Source: Candidatus Heimdallarchaeota archaeon
Lineage (GTDB): Archaea > Asgardarchaeota > Heimdallarchaeia > Heimdallarchaeales > Heimdallarchaeaceae
Assembly: GCA_018238545.1 (NCBI GenBank)
Contig: JABCTC010000011.1
Span: 5,245 to 69,244, forward strand
Reading direction: 5' to 3'
DNA: 64,000 nucleotides
The translations under genes were made by a program, and so were the position numbers. Position 1 is the stretch's first letter; every line of letters starts with the position of its first letter. Positions 25,437-35,250 of this stretch are shown here, in pieces. The notes beneath the pieces are model-generated. The model was not told the origin of the DNA. It ran no database searches and saw nothing but the letters and a program-made list of their open reading frames with translations.

Positions 25437-26471
25437 ATGAATAGATATTATCTAAAACGCCTTCTCTCAGCAGTTTTTATAATTGCTATCATCGTAGGGG
25501 GAGTTTTTATTTCGTATGATATTGTTGGAAATACTTTTAGGTTTTATTATTTCCTTTTCTATGTTGTAGGATGCATTATAATTATCCCCACTCTTTTGAG
25601 AATTTATTGGTACATTAAGTTAAAGAGAGAAACTCGTAAACCTTCTAAATTAACTGAAGTCTATATCGATCATGCTAAGGAACTAGTTACAGATAAGGAA
25701 AAGATACTTACAAAAATCGTATCCACTATTAGAGAACTTGGTGGAGAGATTATAGAAAAATATCTTGATCAAGTTCCTAGAGTAATTTTTTATTTCCCAA
25801 ATGAACATAAATACAATTTTTTTCATAGAACAACAGTAAAGGTTCTTTCAGTTAATGAACTAGTTATAGATACGATGATGAAAGCAGATTATCCTTTGGC
25901 TTTCAGTATTAAGCGGAAAAGAGGAATGAAGAGTGATACTGGTGATGATGTTGATTTACCTAGTTCCAGTGAATTCTACATCTTTCATTCAAATCATCAC
26001 TCATTCTATGAGACTCTACTTGAAAAAGAAGAAATTAACAAAATGCTAATCGACATGAAAGAAGATTTGAAGCAATTTACACTGAATCGTAAATTTGCAG
26101 AAGCACGTATCAGAAACAGTGAAAAGGTATCAACATACCTTGAACTTCTTGCTAAGTTGTATGAAGAGCTTCTACTAAAGGACTTCGATGATTTGGAAGT
26201 TGAAGAGATTCTTTGTTATCAGTGTGATAGTGTTTTTGAAGCTAATGAGGAGACTTGTAATCAATGTGATGCTCATAGACCAACATGTAAAGTCTGTTTA
26301 CTTGACTTAAAACCTTCGGAAAAGAATATTGTTGTTAAAACACCTTGTTGTGAAACATACGCACATAAAAAACATCTCATAACATGGTTGGAGCTGAACA
26401 GTAAGTGTCCTAATTGTAAAACTGACTTATTCTTATGGTTAAGAGGTTTAAAGCAAAATAATCAAGGATAG
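25437..26471 (+). CDS. Membrane-anchored protein (2 N-terminal TM helices) with zinc ribbon and C-terminal RING-like finger (second candidate E3)
   Basis: Zinc ribbon CYQCDSVFEANEETCNQCD, then CKVCLLDLKPSEKNIVVKTPCCETYAHKKHLITWLELNSKCPNCK. The [HC]-C-x4-H core is shared with 20534-21640. Confidence 0.65.
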   Translation: MNRYYLKRLLSAVFIIAIIVGGVFISYDIVGNTFRFYYFLFYVVGCIIIIPTLLRIYWYIKLKRETRKPSKLTEVYIDHAKELVTDKEKILTKIVSTIRELGGEIIEKYLDQVPRVIFYFPNEHKYNFFHRTTVKVLSVNELVIDTMMKADYPLAFSIKRKRGMKSDTGDDVDLPSSSEFYIFHSNHHSFYETLLEKEEINKMLIDMKEDLKQFTLNRKFAEARIRNSEKVSTYLELLAKLYEELLLKDFDDLEVEEILCYQCDSVFEANEETCNQCDAHRPTCKVCLLDLKPSEKNIVVKTPCCETYAHKKHLITWLELNSKCPNCKTDLFLWLRGLKQNNQG

Positions 26472-26524
26472 CAGAATTTTCGATTACTTTCTACATCCAT
26501 AAAAGAAAAAGAGGAAATAAGATT

Positions 26525-27541
26525 TTAATTAGCAGCTTTCTTACTGGTAGATTTCTTCTTATCACCATACTTGATTTTTTCGTAATTAGCTTCTAATATA
26601 CGAGTGAACTCTTCTGCTAAGTGGAGTAAAACCTTAGGGTCAAGAACTGTTAGACTTATCAAGTATCTTCTATTCAGCCTATCTCGTTCATATATCATCC
26701 AATCTACTTCATCATCGATATAGTCCTTGAAATCTTCACCAGTTTCCATAATTGCTGCTACAGCATGAGAGTGACGATCATCTGAGTGAGTAGCCCACTT
26801 CACAGGATATACGTAATGAGTTTCTTTGACTTTTTTTCCATACAGAAACAAATGAGATATCCCATCTTTCTCTGTTTCAAAGCGCTCTACTTTAATATTA
26901 AGAACTTCCTCTTCACGTAGTTTGTCTGTAGGTATAACTGCTGTTGTTTTGTTAGGTTGAAGGATCGTTACAAAACTTGTAGAGATACCTGTTACAACAC
27001 CTTCAATATTCATATCATTAATAATCAGATAATCACCAACATTGTGGTGTTTACTTAGTACAAGATGTAATCCCGAGAATATTTGCCCTAAGGACCTTGA
27101 TGCAGCTAAGCCAAAAGCAGCACCCACTGTTGCCGCAACTCCTATGACTGCACCTACGAAATTTTCAAATTTGGTCATATAAGCGATACCGAAAAATAGA
27201 ATTACTACAAATCTGATTAAAACGCGTATTGTATTCTCTATATCATCAGTTATTCTTTCTTTGAAAGTTCTAAGAATTATTTCAACAATCCAGACGATAA
27301 GGAAAGCGATTAAAGTATAAATGAAGAATGAATCAACAAATTGAATCAACATTTCTTGGTAATTCAATGATTCTTCAACTCCAGCATCGTAAAAATTGTC
27401 ATCATACCATTTTTGTATAAAATTAGTTTCTGTAAAACGACTAATGAAGTAAAATGTGACTATTACAATGAAAATAACTATTAGCAATATATATAAAATG
27501 TGTTTTTTCTTAAATTTTGATTTAGTTTTATTTGTATTCAT
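26525..27541 (-). CDS. MscS-family mechanosensitive channel
   Basis: TM helices followed by GQIFSGLHLVLSKHHNVGDYLII..IEGVVTGISTSFVTIL, the MscS beta-domain signature. Confidence 0.7.
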   Translation of the reverse strand: MNTNKTKSKFKKKHILYILLIVIFIVIVTFYFISRFTETNFIQKWYDDNFYDAGVEESLNYQEMLIQFVDSFFIYTLIAFLIVWIVEIILRTFKERITDDIENTIRVLIRFVVILFFGIAYMTKFENFVGAVIGVAATVGAAFGLAASRSLGQIFSGLHLVLSKHHNVGDYLIINDMNIEGVVTGISTSFVTILQPNKTTAVIPTDKLREEEVLNIKVERFETEKDGISHLFLYGKKVKETHYVYPVKWATHSDDRHSHAVAAIMETGEDFKDYIDDEVDWMIYERDRLNRRYLISLTVLDPKVLLHLAEEFTRILEANYEKIKYGDKKKSTSKKAAN

Positions 27542-27619
27542 AATACCACAATATGCTTTTTGAGTTATATAAGAGAGGTTAAAAATAAAACTATCGCTTG
27601 GGAGTTGGTAAGAAGAGTG

Positions 27620-28519
27620 TTAATTTCTCTTCTCAAACCATGGGATAAATGAGGATACTCTTGATTTATAGTCATTATATCCCGGATATTTCTTCTTCAG
27701 TCTGTTCTCCATCAACGGGATACTTATTGCCAAGAATAATATTGTCATGCATATAGGTCCTATTACCACCCATAGAGTAGATACACCATTTGCTATTGCA
27801 AAGAAAAACATACCCCACCAGAAACTAACTTCTCCAAAGTAGTTGGGGTGTCTTGTAACTGACCAAACTCCTTTTGTCATAAATTCATCTTTTTGCTTTG
27901 TCTTGACGAAGTTTCTGAGTTGTTCATCAGCTACTGTTTCTAATATTGTTGCGCCCAAAGCTACTATTATCCCAATTATATCAAAAACTGTAAAAGTTGC
28001 GCTTGTTGAAATTATGCTATAATAAATAGGAATACAACCCAAGAATACTATCAATGTAGGCATCATTTGTAATCCTGTGAAATTTATGAACCAGAACAAA
28101 CTAGGTTTCTCTTCTCTAAATTTAGCATATCGCCAATCTTCATGATTTAAACCTTTCCAACCTCTAACCCAGTTAAAAGTTAACCTTCCACCCCAAATGA
28201 TTACAAGTGCTAATATCACTATCTGTCTGATTGTTATTGTTGGGAAATTATCAGCTGTTATTAACCAATACAATATGATGGGTATTGGAATAAAACTCCA
28301 GTAGGGATCGTAAAGGCTAGTATTCTTAAAGAAGACACTAATGCTGAATATTATCATGGTTGCTATTACATCAACAATAAAAGCTGTCAGAATTGGATGG
28401 AGCAGAGGATGTAATACAATTCCGATACCTATAGCAGCTCCAATTGCTAAAGTATAGGATATAAAGCATAATAATAGAGATATTAACTTGTTATCCTTGT
28501 AAGTTTTATTTTCACTCAA
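27620..28519 (-). CDS. DUF1295 / steroid-5-alpha-reductase-like membrane protein
   Basis: Multi-pass membrane protein with the C-terminal signature GVWSVTRHPNYFGEVSFWWG. Confidence 0.6.
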   Translation of the reverse strand: MSENKTYKDNKLISLLLCFISYTLAIGAAIGIGIVLHPLLHPILTAFIVDVIATMIIFSISVFFKNTSLYDPYWSFIPIPIILYWLITADNFPTITIRQIVILALVIIWGGRLTFNWVRGWKGLNHEDWRYAKFREEKPSLFWFINFTGLQMMPTLIVFLGCIPIYYSIISTSATFTVFDIIGIIVALGATILETVADEQLRNFVKTKQKDEFMTKGVWSVTRHPNYFGEVSFWWGMFFFAIANGVSTLWVVIGPICMTILFLAISIPLMENRLKKKYPGYNDYKSRVSSFIPWFEKRN

Positions 28520-28806
28520 AGTAAATTCACCATTTATTTAGGACTTTGGAATTTCAAGGTTTTACATAAACCTTACCTCATACAATTCAAAATAGTTGAC
28601 TAGAAATGCACGTTAAAAAGAAAGAACCATCTATAGATTAATGCACGTATACAGCTGATATGGTAGAGAAACTACAAGATATCTATAAAGGGATTGAAGA
28701 AAAGTAGAACTTTGTTTATCTAATCAACATTTTACAGCAATTCTTAATACCTATTGGAGCATGATATTAACTGAAGCTGTTTAGAACAAGATTTCCAGGT
28801 GTCAGA

Positions 28807-28953
28807 ATGAAATGCCAGAAATGTGGTAAGTTTTTAGTCAAAATAGGAGAAAATAAACAATACTGTAAAGTTTGTAATCTACTCTACTATTTTCTAGTAC
28901 CTGGCATGTTCCCTAGGATTTTCAAAATGAGTGAAAATTCTGTGAAAAGTTAA
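28807..28953 (+). CDS. Unlisted 48-aa zinc-ribbon ORF
   Basis: My hand translation gives MKCQKCGKFLVKIGENKQYCKVCNLLYYF.., a CxxC-x13-CxxC pattern. It is below the ORF-track cutoff. Confidence 0.35.
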   Translation: MKCQKCGKFLVKIGENKQYCKVCNLLYYFLVPGMFPRIFKMSENSVKS

Positions 28954-29043
28954 ATTTAGCAAATAATAGCTTCAATTTTTTAGTGTTTATTCACTAAATG
29001 TAAGACGCTGTTTTTACTTTGGTTTAAATACAAATCTTACCAT

Positions 29044-29436
29044 ATGATAGCAGGAGAGAATTTATTGCCGGGAAAAATAACTCATGTAGTAATAGGTGAA
29101 ATTATTGGTTTATCGTTGGTAGGATTAGCATATTACTTCTTTACTTCAGAGATTAATTACTTCACATTAGCACTGATTTTGGCTTCCTCACTTGTATGTA
29201 TATTTCTAGGAGCGATATTGCCAGATCTAATCGAGCGCCCAACTAATCCAGATCACAGAAAATTCTTTCATTCTTGGTTCATCTTTGCAGTAACTTTTAT
29301 CGTATCTTTTGTTATGGCATTTGTTGTTATTCCGCTCTATGACCACCTTTTTTATGTATATCCCATTTTTGGTTTTTGTCTAGGATACTTCAGTCACTTA
29401 TTATTGGATTCTACAACAAAGAGAAGTTTGACATGA
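29044..29436 (+). CDS. YdjM/DUF457-like membrane-bound metal-dependent hydrolase
   Basis: ILPDLIERPTNPDHRKFFHSW and the C-terminal FSHLLLDSTT. Confidence 0.55.
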   Translation: MIAGENLLPGKITHVVIGEIIGLSLVGLAYYFFTSEINYFTLALILASSLVCIFLGAILPDLIERPTNPDHRKFFHSWFIFAVTFIVSFVMAFVVIPLYDHLFYVYPIFGFCLGYFSHLLLDSTTKRSLT

Positions 29437-29511
29437 TCAACACAAATCTGAAAATCGATTTTTTTGTGTGGTTTTAATAGTATATGGTTCACAAATTATC
29501 AGTGATAATTC

Positions 29512-29799
29512 TTGGTTAAGATAATTCTACTTTTCGAATCAACTTGTTCTAAATGTGGAGCCAAAGCTAGATACTATTGTTCTAATTGTGGTAAACCACT
29601 CTGTGGGCGATGCTTAAGTAGAGAGAAGAAAGAATTAGTTTCAAATATTATTATTCCAGCTGGTTTATGTAGTATGTGCGTAGAAGTAAGAATTGATAAT
29701 TATAAGAGAGGTGAGATGAATCCTCTTTCTGAAGCTGTCACTATTTACGTCACTGATCCTATTTTTAAAGAAAAAATCGTTAATAACTCAGATTTATGA
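29512..29799 (+). CDS. Small Cys-rich zinc-finger protein (C-x2-C-x7-C-x2-C-x4-C-x2-C)
   Basis: CSKCGAKARYYCSNCGKPLCGRC plus a distal CSMC. It uses a TTG start with no in-frame ATG before the finger. Confidence 0.45.
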   Translation: MVKIILLFESTCSKCGAKARYYCSNCGKPLCGRCLSREKKELVSNIIIPAGLCSMCVEVRIDNYKRGEMNPLSEAVTIYVTDPIFKEKIVNNSDL

Positions 29800-29843
29800 G
29801 TAAAGCATTTATTTGGGGAGATTAAGGTAGATTTGGTTTTCAT

Positions 29844-31220
29844 ATGACTGAATCTTCACTGAATAAAGAAATACAGAAGAAAATACTTACTGATCCACTG
29901 ATGTGGAAGTTTCGGTTATATGGATTCTTTAAGAATCTGAGGTTTTTTGAACCGTATCTTATTGTGATGCTCCTCATATATTTAGGTGATTCTGATTTTC
30001 CATTACTAACTATCGGAACTCTTTTCCTAGTTCAAGAGGTATTTACTTATCTTTTTGAGATCCCTTCAGGAATTCTTGCAGACAAGTTTGGAAGAAAGAA
30101 TGAACTGTTATTATGTTTTCTTTTCTATGTCTCATCATTTGTGTTATACTTCATTGGTTTCAGTTTATCGTTTGATTTCTTCTTTGTCTTGTTTATTGCA
30201 GCAGCTCTATACGGTTTGGGAGAATCGTTTCGCTCCGGAACTCATAAAGCCATGATCTTGACTTGGATGGACAAAAATAACTTTAGTGAACATAAAACGT
30301 TTGTTTATGGAAGAACTCGCTCATGGTCATTAATAGGTTCGACAGTTAATGGTATAACATCAATTTTCCTAGTTCTCTTTTTACCAAATGCACAATGGGT
30401 GTTTTTAGTGGCCATTATTCCATATATTTGTGATTTTGTCCTTATTGCAACCTATCCAAAATACATGAATGAGCATAAACCAAGAAAGACAACTTTTTGG
30501 AAAGAGATGGGGAAAGGGTTTAAGGACATATTTGTAGCATTTAAAGATAGAAGATTAAGGAAAGGAGCATTTTCATCAGCTTCTTACGATGCAATATATA
30601 AGAGTCTTAAAGATTACATACAACCTATCATCAAAATCTATATTATAGTCATCTTAGCTAACTTCGGTCTAGCTAATAACTCTTCCATTTTAACACCAGA
30701 TAACTTAATAATAATCATTTTAGGAAGCATGTATTCACTTTTTTATCTACTTTCGTCTTTTTCTTCAAGATATGCATACATTGTTAGAAACTGGTTCAAG
30801 AGCGTAAAGAATTCTATGGACATCTTATTCTATTTATTTGCAGGTGTTCTTATTTTAAATGCGATTTTCATATCCGTTCGTTTACCTATTGTTGTGGTTT
30901 TTCTTTATCTTCTAATATACATCTTTCAAAACGTAAGAAGACCGTTTTGTGTTGATTATCTAGGAGGTATAATGAAAAAAGAGGAAAGAGCCACTGTTCT
31001 TAGTGCAGAATCCCAGATTAAATCGATATTAGTTTTTGTATTTGCACCGTTGTTTGGTTTTATTGCAGATTTTGCAGGTCCATTAGTTGGATTAGATTCT
31101 TATTACTCCATTCCTATTTTATTTGTTCTAATTGCTATTGTAATGGTTGTAGTAAACCTTTTTCTACTAAGTGGAGATACTAAAATAATAGAGGAACAAA
31201 AAGTAGGAAATAGCAAGTGA
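29844..31220 (+). CDS. MFS-type transporter
   Basis: About 12 hydrophobic segments. The loop 2-3 motif is GILADKFGRKN. Confidence 0.65.
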   Translation: MTESSLNKEIQKKILTDPLMWKFRLYGFFKNLRFFEPYLIVMLLIYLGDSDFPLLTIGTLFLVQEVFTYLFEIPSGILADKFGRKNELLLCFLFYVSSFVLYFIGFSLSFDFFFVLFIAAALYGLGESFRSGTHKAMILTWMDKNNFSEHKTFVYGRTRSWSLIGSTVNGITSIFLVLFLPNAQWVFLVAIIPYICDFVLIATYPKYMNEHKPRKTTFWKEMGKGFKDIFVAFKDRRLRKGAFSSASYDAIYKSLKDYIQPIIKIYIIVILANFGLANNSSILTPDNLIIIILGSMYSLFYLLSSFSSRYAYIVRNWFKSVKNSMDILFYLFAGVLILNAIFISVRLPIVVVFLYLLIYIFQNVRRPFCVDYLGGIMKKEERATVLSAESQIKSILVFVFAPLFGFIADFAGPLVGLDSYYSIPILFVLIAIVMVVVNLFLLSGDTKIIEEQKVGNSK

Positions 31221-31336
31221 ACAATTTTCTAAAATGTATGTCCTTATGACTCTAATCCAAATTTTGAAAGAAGTATATATTTAATAATAACTCTACACAA
31301 GCTAAAGGTGAAGTCAAAACTGACCCAACATTTCAC

Positions 31337-31864
31337 ATGGTGAATAACTTGAATGAAACATTAATTGTTTATGGAACTAGATATGGCGCAACTCCAGAAG
31401 TATGTGCCGAAATCCAAAAAATATTAGAAAAAGAGTATAAAATAGTAGTAGAGATATGGAATCTTAAGGATTACAGAGCCTGTCCAGATTTGGAAGAGTT
31501 TGATAATATTATCTTAGCAAGCGGTATCGAACATGGGAAATGGACAGAAAATACAAGAAAATTCCTTACAAAAGATTTGAGAGACAAAAATGTTGCTGTT
31601 TTTATTTCTTCTAGTTTTGCGGGAGAAAAAGAGCTTTATGATTATGCTTACAAAAATTTCTTAGAAGATGTTCTTGCAGAATATCCTGAAGTGAATATTG
31701 TGACCAAGGCAGCTTTTGGTGGTAGAGTTCCAAAGAAAGAATTACCAAATATCGCAAAAAATGCAATCGTTGCCCGATTGCCAGAATTTCAAGAAGACAA
31801 TAGAAATTGGGATAAAATCACAGAATGGGCTCATGAAGTAGGAAAAATATTTGCTAATAAATAG
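31337..31864 (+). CDS. Flavodoxin-domain protein
   Basis: N-terminal LIVYGTRYGATPEV (FMN phosphate loop type), about 175 aa. Confidence 0.6.
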   Translation: MVNNLNETLIVYGTRYGATPEVCAEIQKILEKEYKIVVEIWNLKDYRACPDLEEFDNIILASGIEHGKWTENTRKFLTKDLRDKNVAVFISSSFAGEKELYDYAYKNFLEDVLAEYPEVNIVTKAAFGGRVPKKELPNIAKNAIVARLPEFQEDNRNWDKITEWAHEVGKIFANK

Positions 31865-31961
31865 ATTTTCTCGTAAAATCTTGATTTATTTAATAGATCT
31901 GTAACATGACCACTTTTCAAATAATCCCATAAAATATAACATACTTTTTGTACATTTTTTT

Positions 31962-32150
31962 GGGTGTTTAAATAGGGTAGTGTAGTTTGTACGTTGAAGG
32001 ATTGTAGCTATGCACCACTTTCTTGGTGATCCTTGGGGTTACATCCAACAAACAAACATCCAAAAGCGAACCGTAAGCAACTTTGTAAGATGTGGGCGGT
32101 GTAGGAGGGGATGTGACAGCCCCATGATGTGTCTTAGGCACTTCTAAAGA
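31962..32150 (+). other. GC-enriched island in a 350-nt intergenic gap: either a structured RNA or a 45-aa Cys/Arg-rich ORF (32010-32147)
   Basis: By my hand count, 29 of 48 nt at 32094-32141 are G/C, against AT-rich flanks. An ORF reads MHHFLGDPWGYIQQTNIQKRTVSNFVRCGRCRRGCDSPMMCLRHF, with GAAGG 10 nt upstream of the ATG. Confidence 0.35.
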
Positions 32151-32215
32151 GTTTGTACAAAATTCATGTCATATCTATCCTAGTTTTTAAAAAGTGATTG
32201 TGAAATATAATAATA

Positions 32216-33610
32216 ATGAAATTTCTACAAAAAACTGCAAACAAGGTAATTTTTTATGGTATAATCGGAGTAGTCCTTATTTCCTCAACAGCACTATTAG
32301 TTTATTTTGGAATTGATCAAACACCTCCAACTGTTGAATTTAGTTCGCCTCTTAGTCTAGATATTGTTTCGGGAACATACAATATTGAATATACAATGGC
32401 AGATACAGGTGGATACACAGCGAAAATTAAAACAATCGAGTTATATATCGATGAATCTCTTGTTTCAAATAATGTAAGCTATGCTTGGGACACAACTGAA
32501 TATGATGATGGATATCATACATTATATGTAAAAGTCGCAGACGGAGCAGGGAATATTGCAGAAGATACGATTGTAATTACAGTTGATAATTTTCTTGATT
32601 CAGCACCCACAGATTTGTTCAAAATTCTCAATTATAACGTCTATGAAAGTGGTGTAAATCCAGAATGGAAGGATGTTGTCAAAGCTGAAAATCCAGATAT
32701 TGCTGTATTCGTAGAAACAGGGGATTGGGACAATAGTGAAAATAAACAGTTAGATGCCTATGTAAATGAATTCAACGGCTACTTCTATGATGAAGCCCCA
32801 TATATTGGATATACAACACAAGGAATAAAATGGAACACCCAAGGGGAGGCTATTCTAAGCCGCTATCCTGTTCTAGAGGTTTATCAAGCCGAAATTCTCC
32901 ATGCCGATGATGATTCAACTGTAGATTTAACACACGCTCTACTCCATGTTGTTGTTGACATAGAAGGAAATGAAGTGCACATTATTGCAATTCATTTAAA
33001 AGCTGGTCAAACACTAGGGGAAAGAAATACACGGGATAGAGAACAAGAAGCTATTATTAATTATATGGATGAAAACGTTGGAGATGCGCCCCTAATCTAC
33101 ATTGGAGATTTAAATTGCAATTCACCAGAGGACATTGGTGCACTTGAAGGTGATAAACATGATGAATTTGGTATAGGACCAGTAACTATGATCCTTTATC
33201 CTGATGACCCAATTTATGGCAATTATTCTTCAGAATATCACAACTTCACTGATGTTTTCAGAACTTTAAATCCATCAGATCCCGGATTCTCCTTACACAT
33301 ACCATCTTTAACAACTAGGATTGATTATATTTTTGTAAACCAACATTTTACAAATGCTTTCATTAATTCTGGAATAAAAAGTAACACAGAATTTGATGAT
33401 ATAGGTTCTGATCATTATACTGTAGATGCATTAATATCGATAGAAAACATAACAATGCTATCAATTTCACCCAAGTATTTCGCAGTAACTGAAAATACAG
33501 AGGAGTGTTTCAACAGTTTTTCACCTTTGAGTAAATTATCAATGACTGAAAAATTTGCACAACAGCTTGTGAGTGTTTTTACTCCAAACTTATTAAAAAA
33601 GAAATTATGA
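32216..33610 (+). CDS. Membrane-anchored extracellular protein: Ig-like domain plus endonuclease/exonuclease/phosphatase (EEP) domain
   Basis: N-terminal TM VIFYGIIGVVLISSTALLVYF. Ig-like segment ..YHTLYVKVADGAGNIAEDTIVITVDN. EEP blocks: DIAVFVETG, IIAIHLKAG, IGDLNCN, RIDYIFVN, GSDHYTV. Confidence 0.7.
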   Translation: MKFLQKTANKVIFYGIIGVVLISSTALLVYFGIDQTPPTVEFSSPLSLDIVSGTYNIEYTMADTGGYTAKIKTIELYIDESLVSNNVSYAWDTTEYDDGYHTLYVKVADGAGNIAEDTIVITVDNFLDSAPTDLFKILNYNVYESGVNPEWKDVVKAENPDIAVFVETGDWDNSENKQLDAYVNEFNGYFYDEAPYIGYTTQGIKWNTQGEAILSRYPVLEVYQAEILHADDDSTVDLTHALLHVVVDIEGNEVHIIAIHLKAGQTLGERNTRDREQEAIINYMDENVGDAPLIYIGDLNCNSPEDIGALEGDKHDEFGIGPVTMILYPDDPIYGNYSSEYHNFTDVFRTLNPSDPGFSLHIPSLTTRIDYIFVNQHFTNAFINSGIKSNTEFDDIGSDHYTVDALISIENITMLSISPKYFAVTENTEECFNSFSPLSKLSMTEKFAQQLVSVFTPNLLKKKL

Positions 33611-33709
33611 GAGCCCTTTTTCTTTCCTTTTTCTTTGTACAGCACTTGTAAGGGCTAAATTTGCATAACATCTATATACTTGTTTGCGCTTCTATTGTTG
33701 GGGATATAT

Positions 33710-34360
33710 ATGTCGTCTGATGATTCACCATCTGACATATCGAATACAATTGTATATTGTGCAGTGTTAATTAGTGATACGATGGTAAGAATGGCAGACC
33801 TTGTTACGCTAACCTTGCTTTATCACCCGGGGATGGAAGAAAGAGTCGAAATGATGGAATCACTGTATGAAAATATAGTAAATTTCATTGATGATATCAC
33901 AACAACAATTTATGCGCCCATGGATCGATATGAATTATCTATCAATCAGTATGACCCTATTTTTTCTAATCTAAAAAATGTTTCAAAGATGATGGTTGAC
34001 CTTATTTCACAGCTTTCTCAACAGCATATAGAGATGCAACTTCAAATTCTGGAGTATCTTTACAACTTAAACAAATCTATTCTGGGAGCAATAACTGAAT
34101 TTAGTTACCTTGTTCATGCAAATAATAATGACATTCAAGCTTATGACCGAAAGAGAATTACAGATATCGAAATAGTAGGGCATAAAATCTATCGTATGTT
34201 ATTAAAGGAAATAAGTGAAAATTCTAATGATTGGAAACAAGGGTTTATACAGAACGTAGTAACTGAGAAAATGAGTTCAATTATCTATTACACTTGTGAG
34301 GCAAGTAAGAAGATTTATGCTGCTAAGCTTGCAAATATTGGTATTTCAAAAATTAAGTAA
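33710..34360 (+). CDS. Hypothetical helical protein
   Basis: The ORF track gives 33680 (TTG); the first ATG is at 33710. No motifs recognised. Confidence 0.45.
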   Translation: MSSDDSPSDISNTIVYCAVLISDTMVRMADLVTLTLLYHPGMEERVEMMESLYENIVNFIDDITTTIYAPMDRYELSINQYDPIFSNLKNVSKMMVDLISQLSQQHIEMQLQILEYLYNLNKSILGAITEFSYLVHANNNDIQAYDRKRITDIEIVGHKIYRMLLKEISENSNDWKQGFIQNVVTEKMSSIIYYTCEASKKIYAAKLANIGISKIK

Positions 34361-34405
34361 AAATAAAGTCTTTTTAATATCAATGGTTTTGTAAAACTGA
34401 GCTAA

Positions 34406-35173
34406 ATGAAGATTTCTCAATATAATATCTCTCCAAACCTAAAGATAATCGATTCTTTACCTATTTTGTTCATTCAAGACGAGAGAATATTAGTAATTGC
34501 AGATCTTCATTTAGGTATTGAAGCCATTATGTCTAGAGATGGTACATATTTACCTCATAACCAAACCCAAGATATAATCGAACTAATTTCACATTATCTT
34601 AAGGAAATAAAACCAGATGAACTAATTCTAAATGGAGACGTCAAACATAGTTTTCATGAACCAACAGAGATAGAAAATAGAGATGTTCAGAGGTTTCTTA
34701 GAGCAATTTCCCCTCTTGTAAGTAAGATATCAATAACTCAAGGAAATCATGATGTTTTTCTAAGTTGGGCCACAAAAGGCATGGATAATGTTTGTATTTA
34801 CAAAAACCATTATACAAAAGGTAAATATTTTTTCACTCATGGTGATAAGGAATTACCTAAGGTACTTCCGGAGAAAACAAAGTATATTATTATTGGTCAT
34901 GAGCACCCAATTCTTGAAGCTAGAATCAATAAATTGCAGAAAATTAGAGCTCCAGCTTTTGTAGTTGTCCCCATGAAGAAGAAGGATATAAAATTAATAG
35001 TTTTGCCAGCTTTCTCTGCATATTCTTCTGGAACGCCAATCAATCCAGATTCGAAAAATAATCTTTTATCACCCATTCTACGAAACGATGTTAATCTTTC
35101 TGAATGTCAATTATATGCTCTGGATAAAAACAAAGAAGTCTTTCATTTTCCTTCCTTTAAGGAATGGACATAA
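34406..35173 (+). CDS. Calcineurin-like metallophosphoesterase
   Basis: Motifs in canonical order: VIADLHLG, LNGDVKH, GNHD, GHEHP. Confidence 0.75.
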   Translation: MKISQYNISPNLKIIDSLPILFIQDERILVIADLHLGIEAIMSRDGTYLPHNQTQDIIELISHYLKEIKPDELILNGDVKHSFHEPTEIENRDVQRFLRAISPLVSKISITQGNHDVFLSWATKGMDNVCIYKNHYTKGKYFFTHGDKELPKVLPEKTKYIIIGHEHPILEARINKLQKIRAPAFVVVPMKKKDIKLIVLPAFSAYSSGTPINPDSKNNLLSPILRNDVNLSECQLYALDKNKEVFHFPSFKEWT

Positions 35174-35250
35174 GATATTTCTCCCCAAAGTTAATAAATC
35201 TTATAGAAGTATTTTATTCAATTAGATATAATCAACTGAGTGGATTTTAA

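Noticed and set aside
31962-32150. tRNA, possibly intron-containing, in the GC-rich island
   Set aside because: I tried both strands and found no GTTCRANYC-type T-loop, no 7-bp acceptor pairing and no D-arm. It is kept only as an unclassified RNA or micro-ORF candidate.
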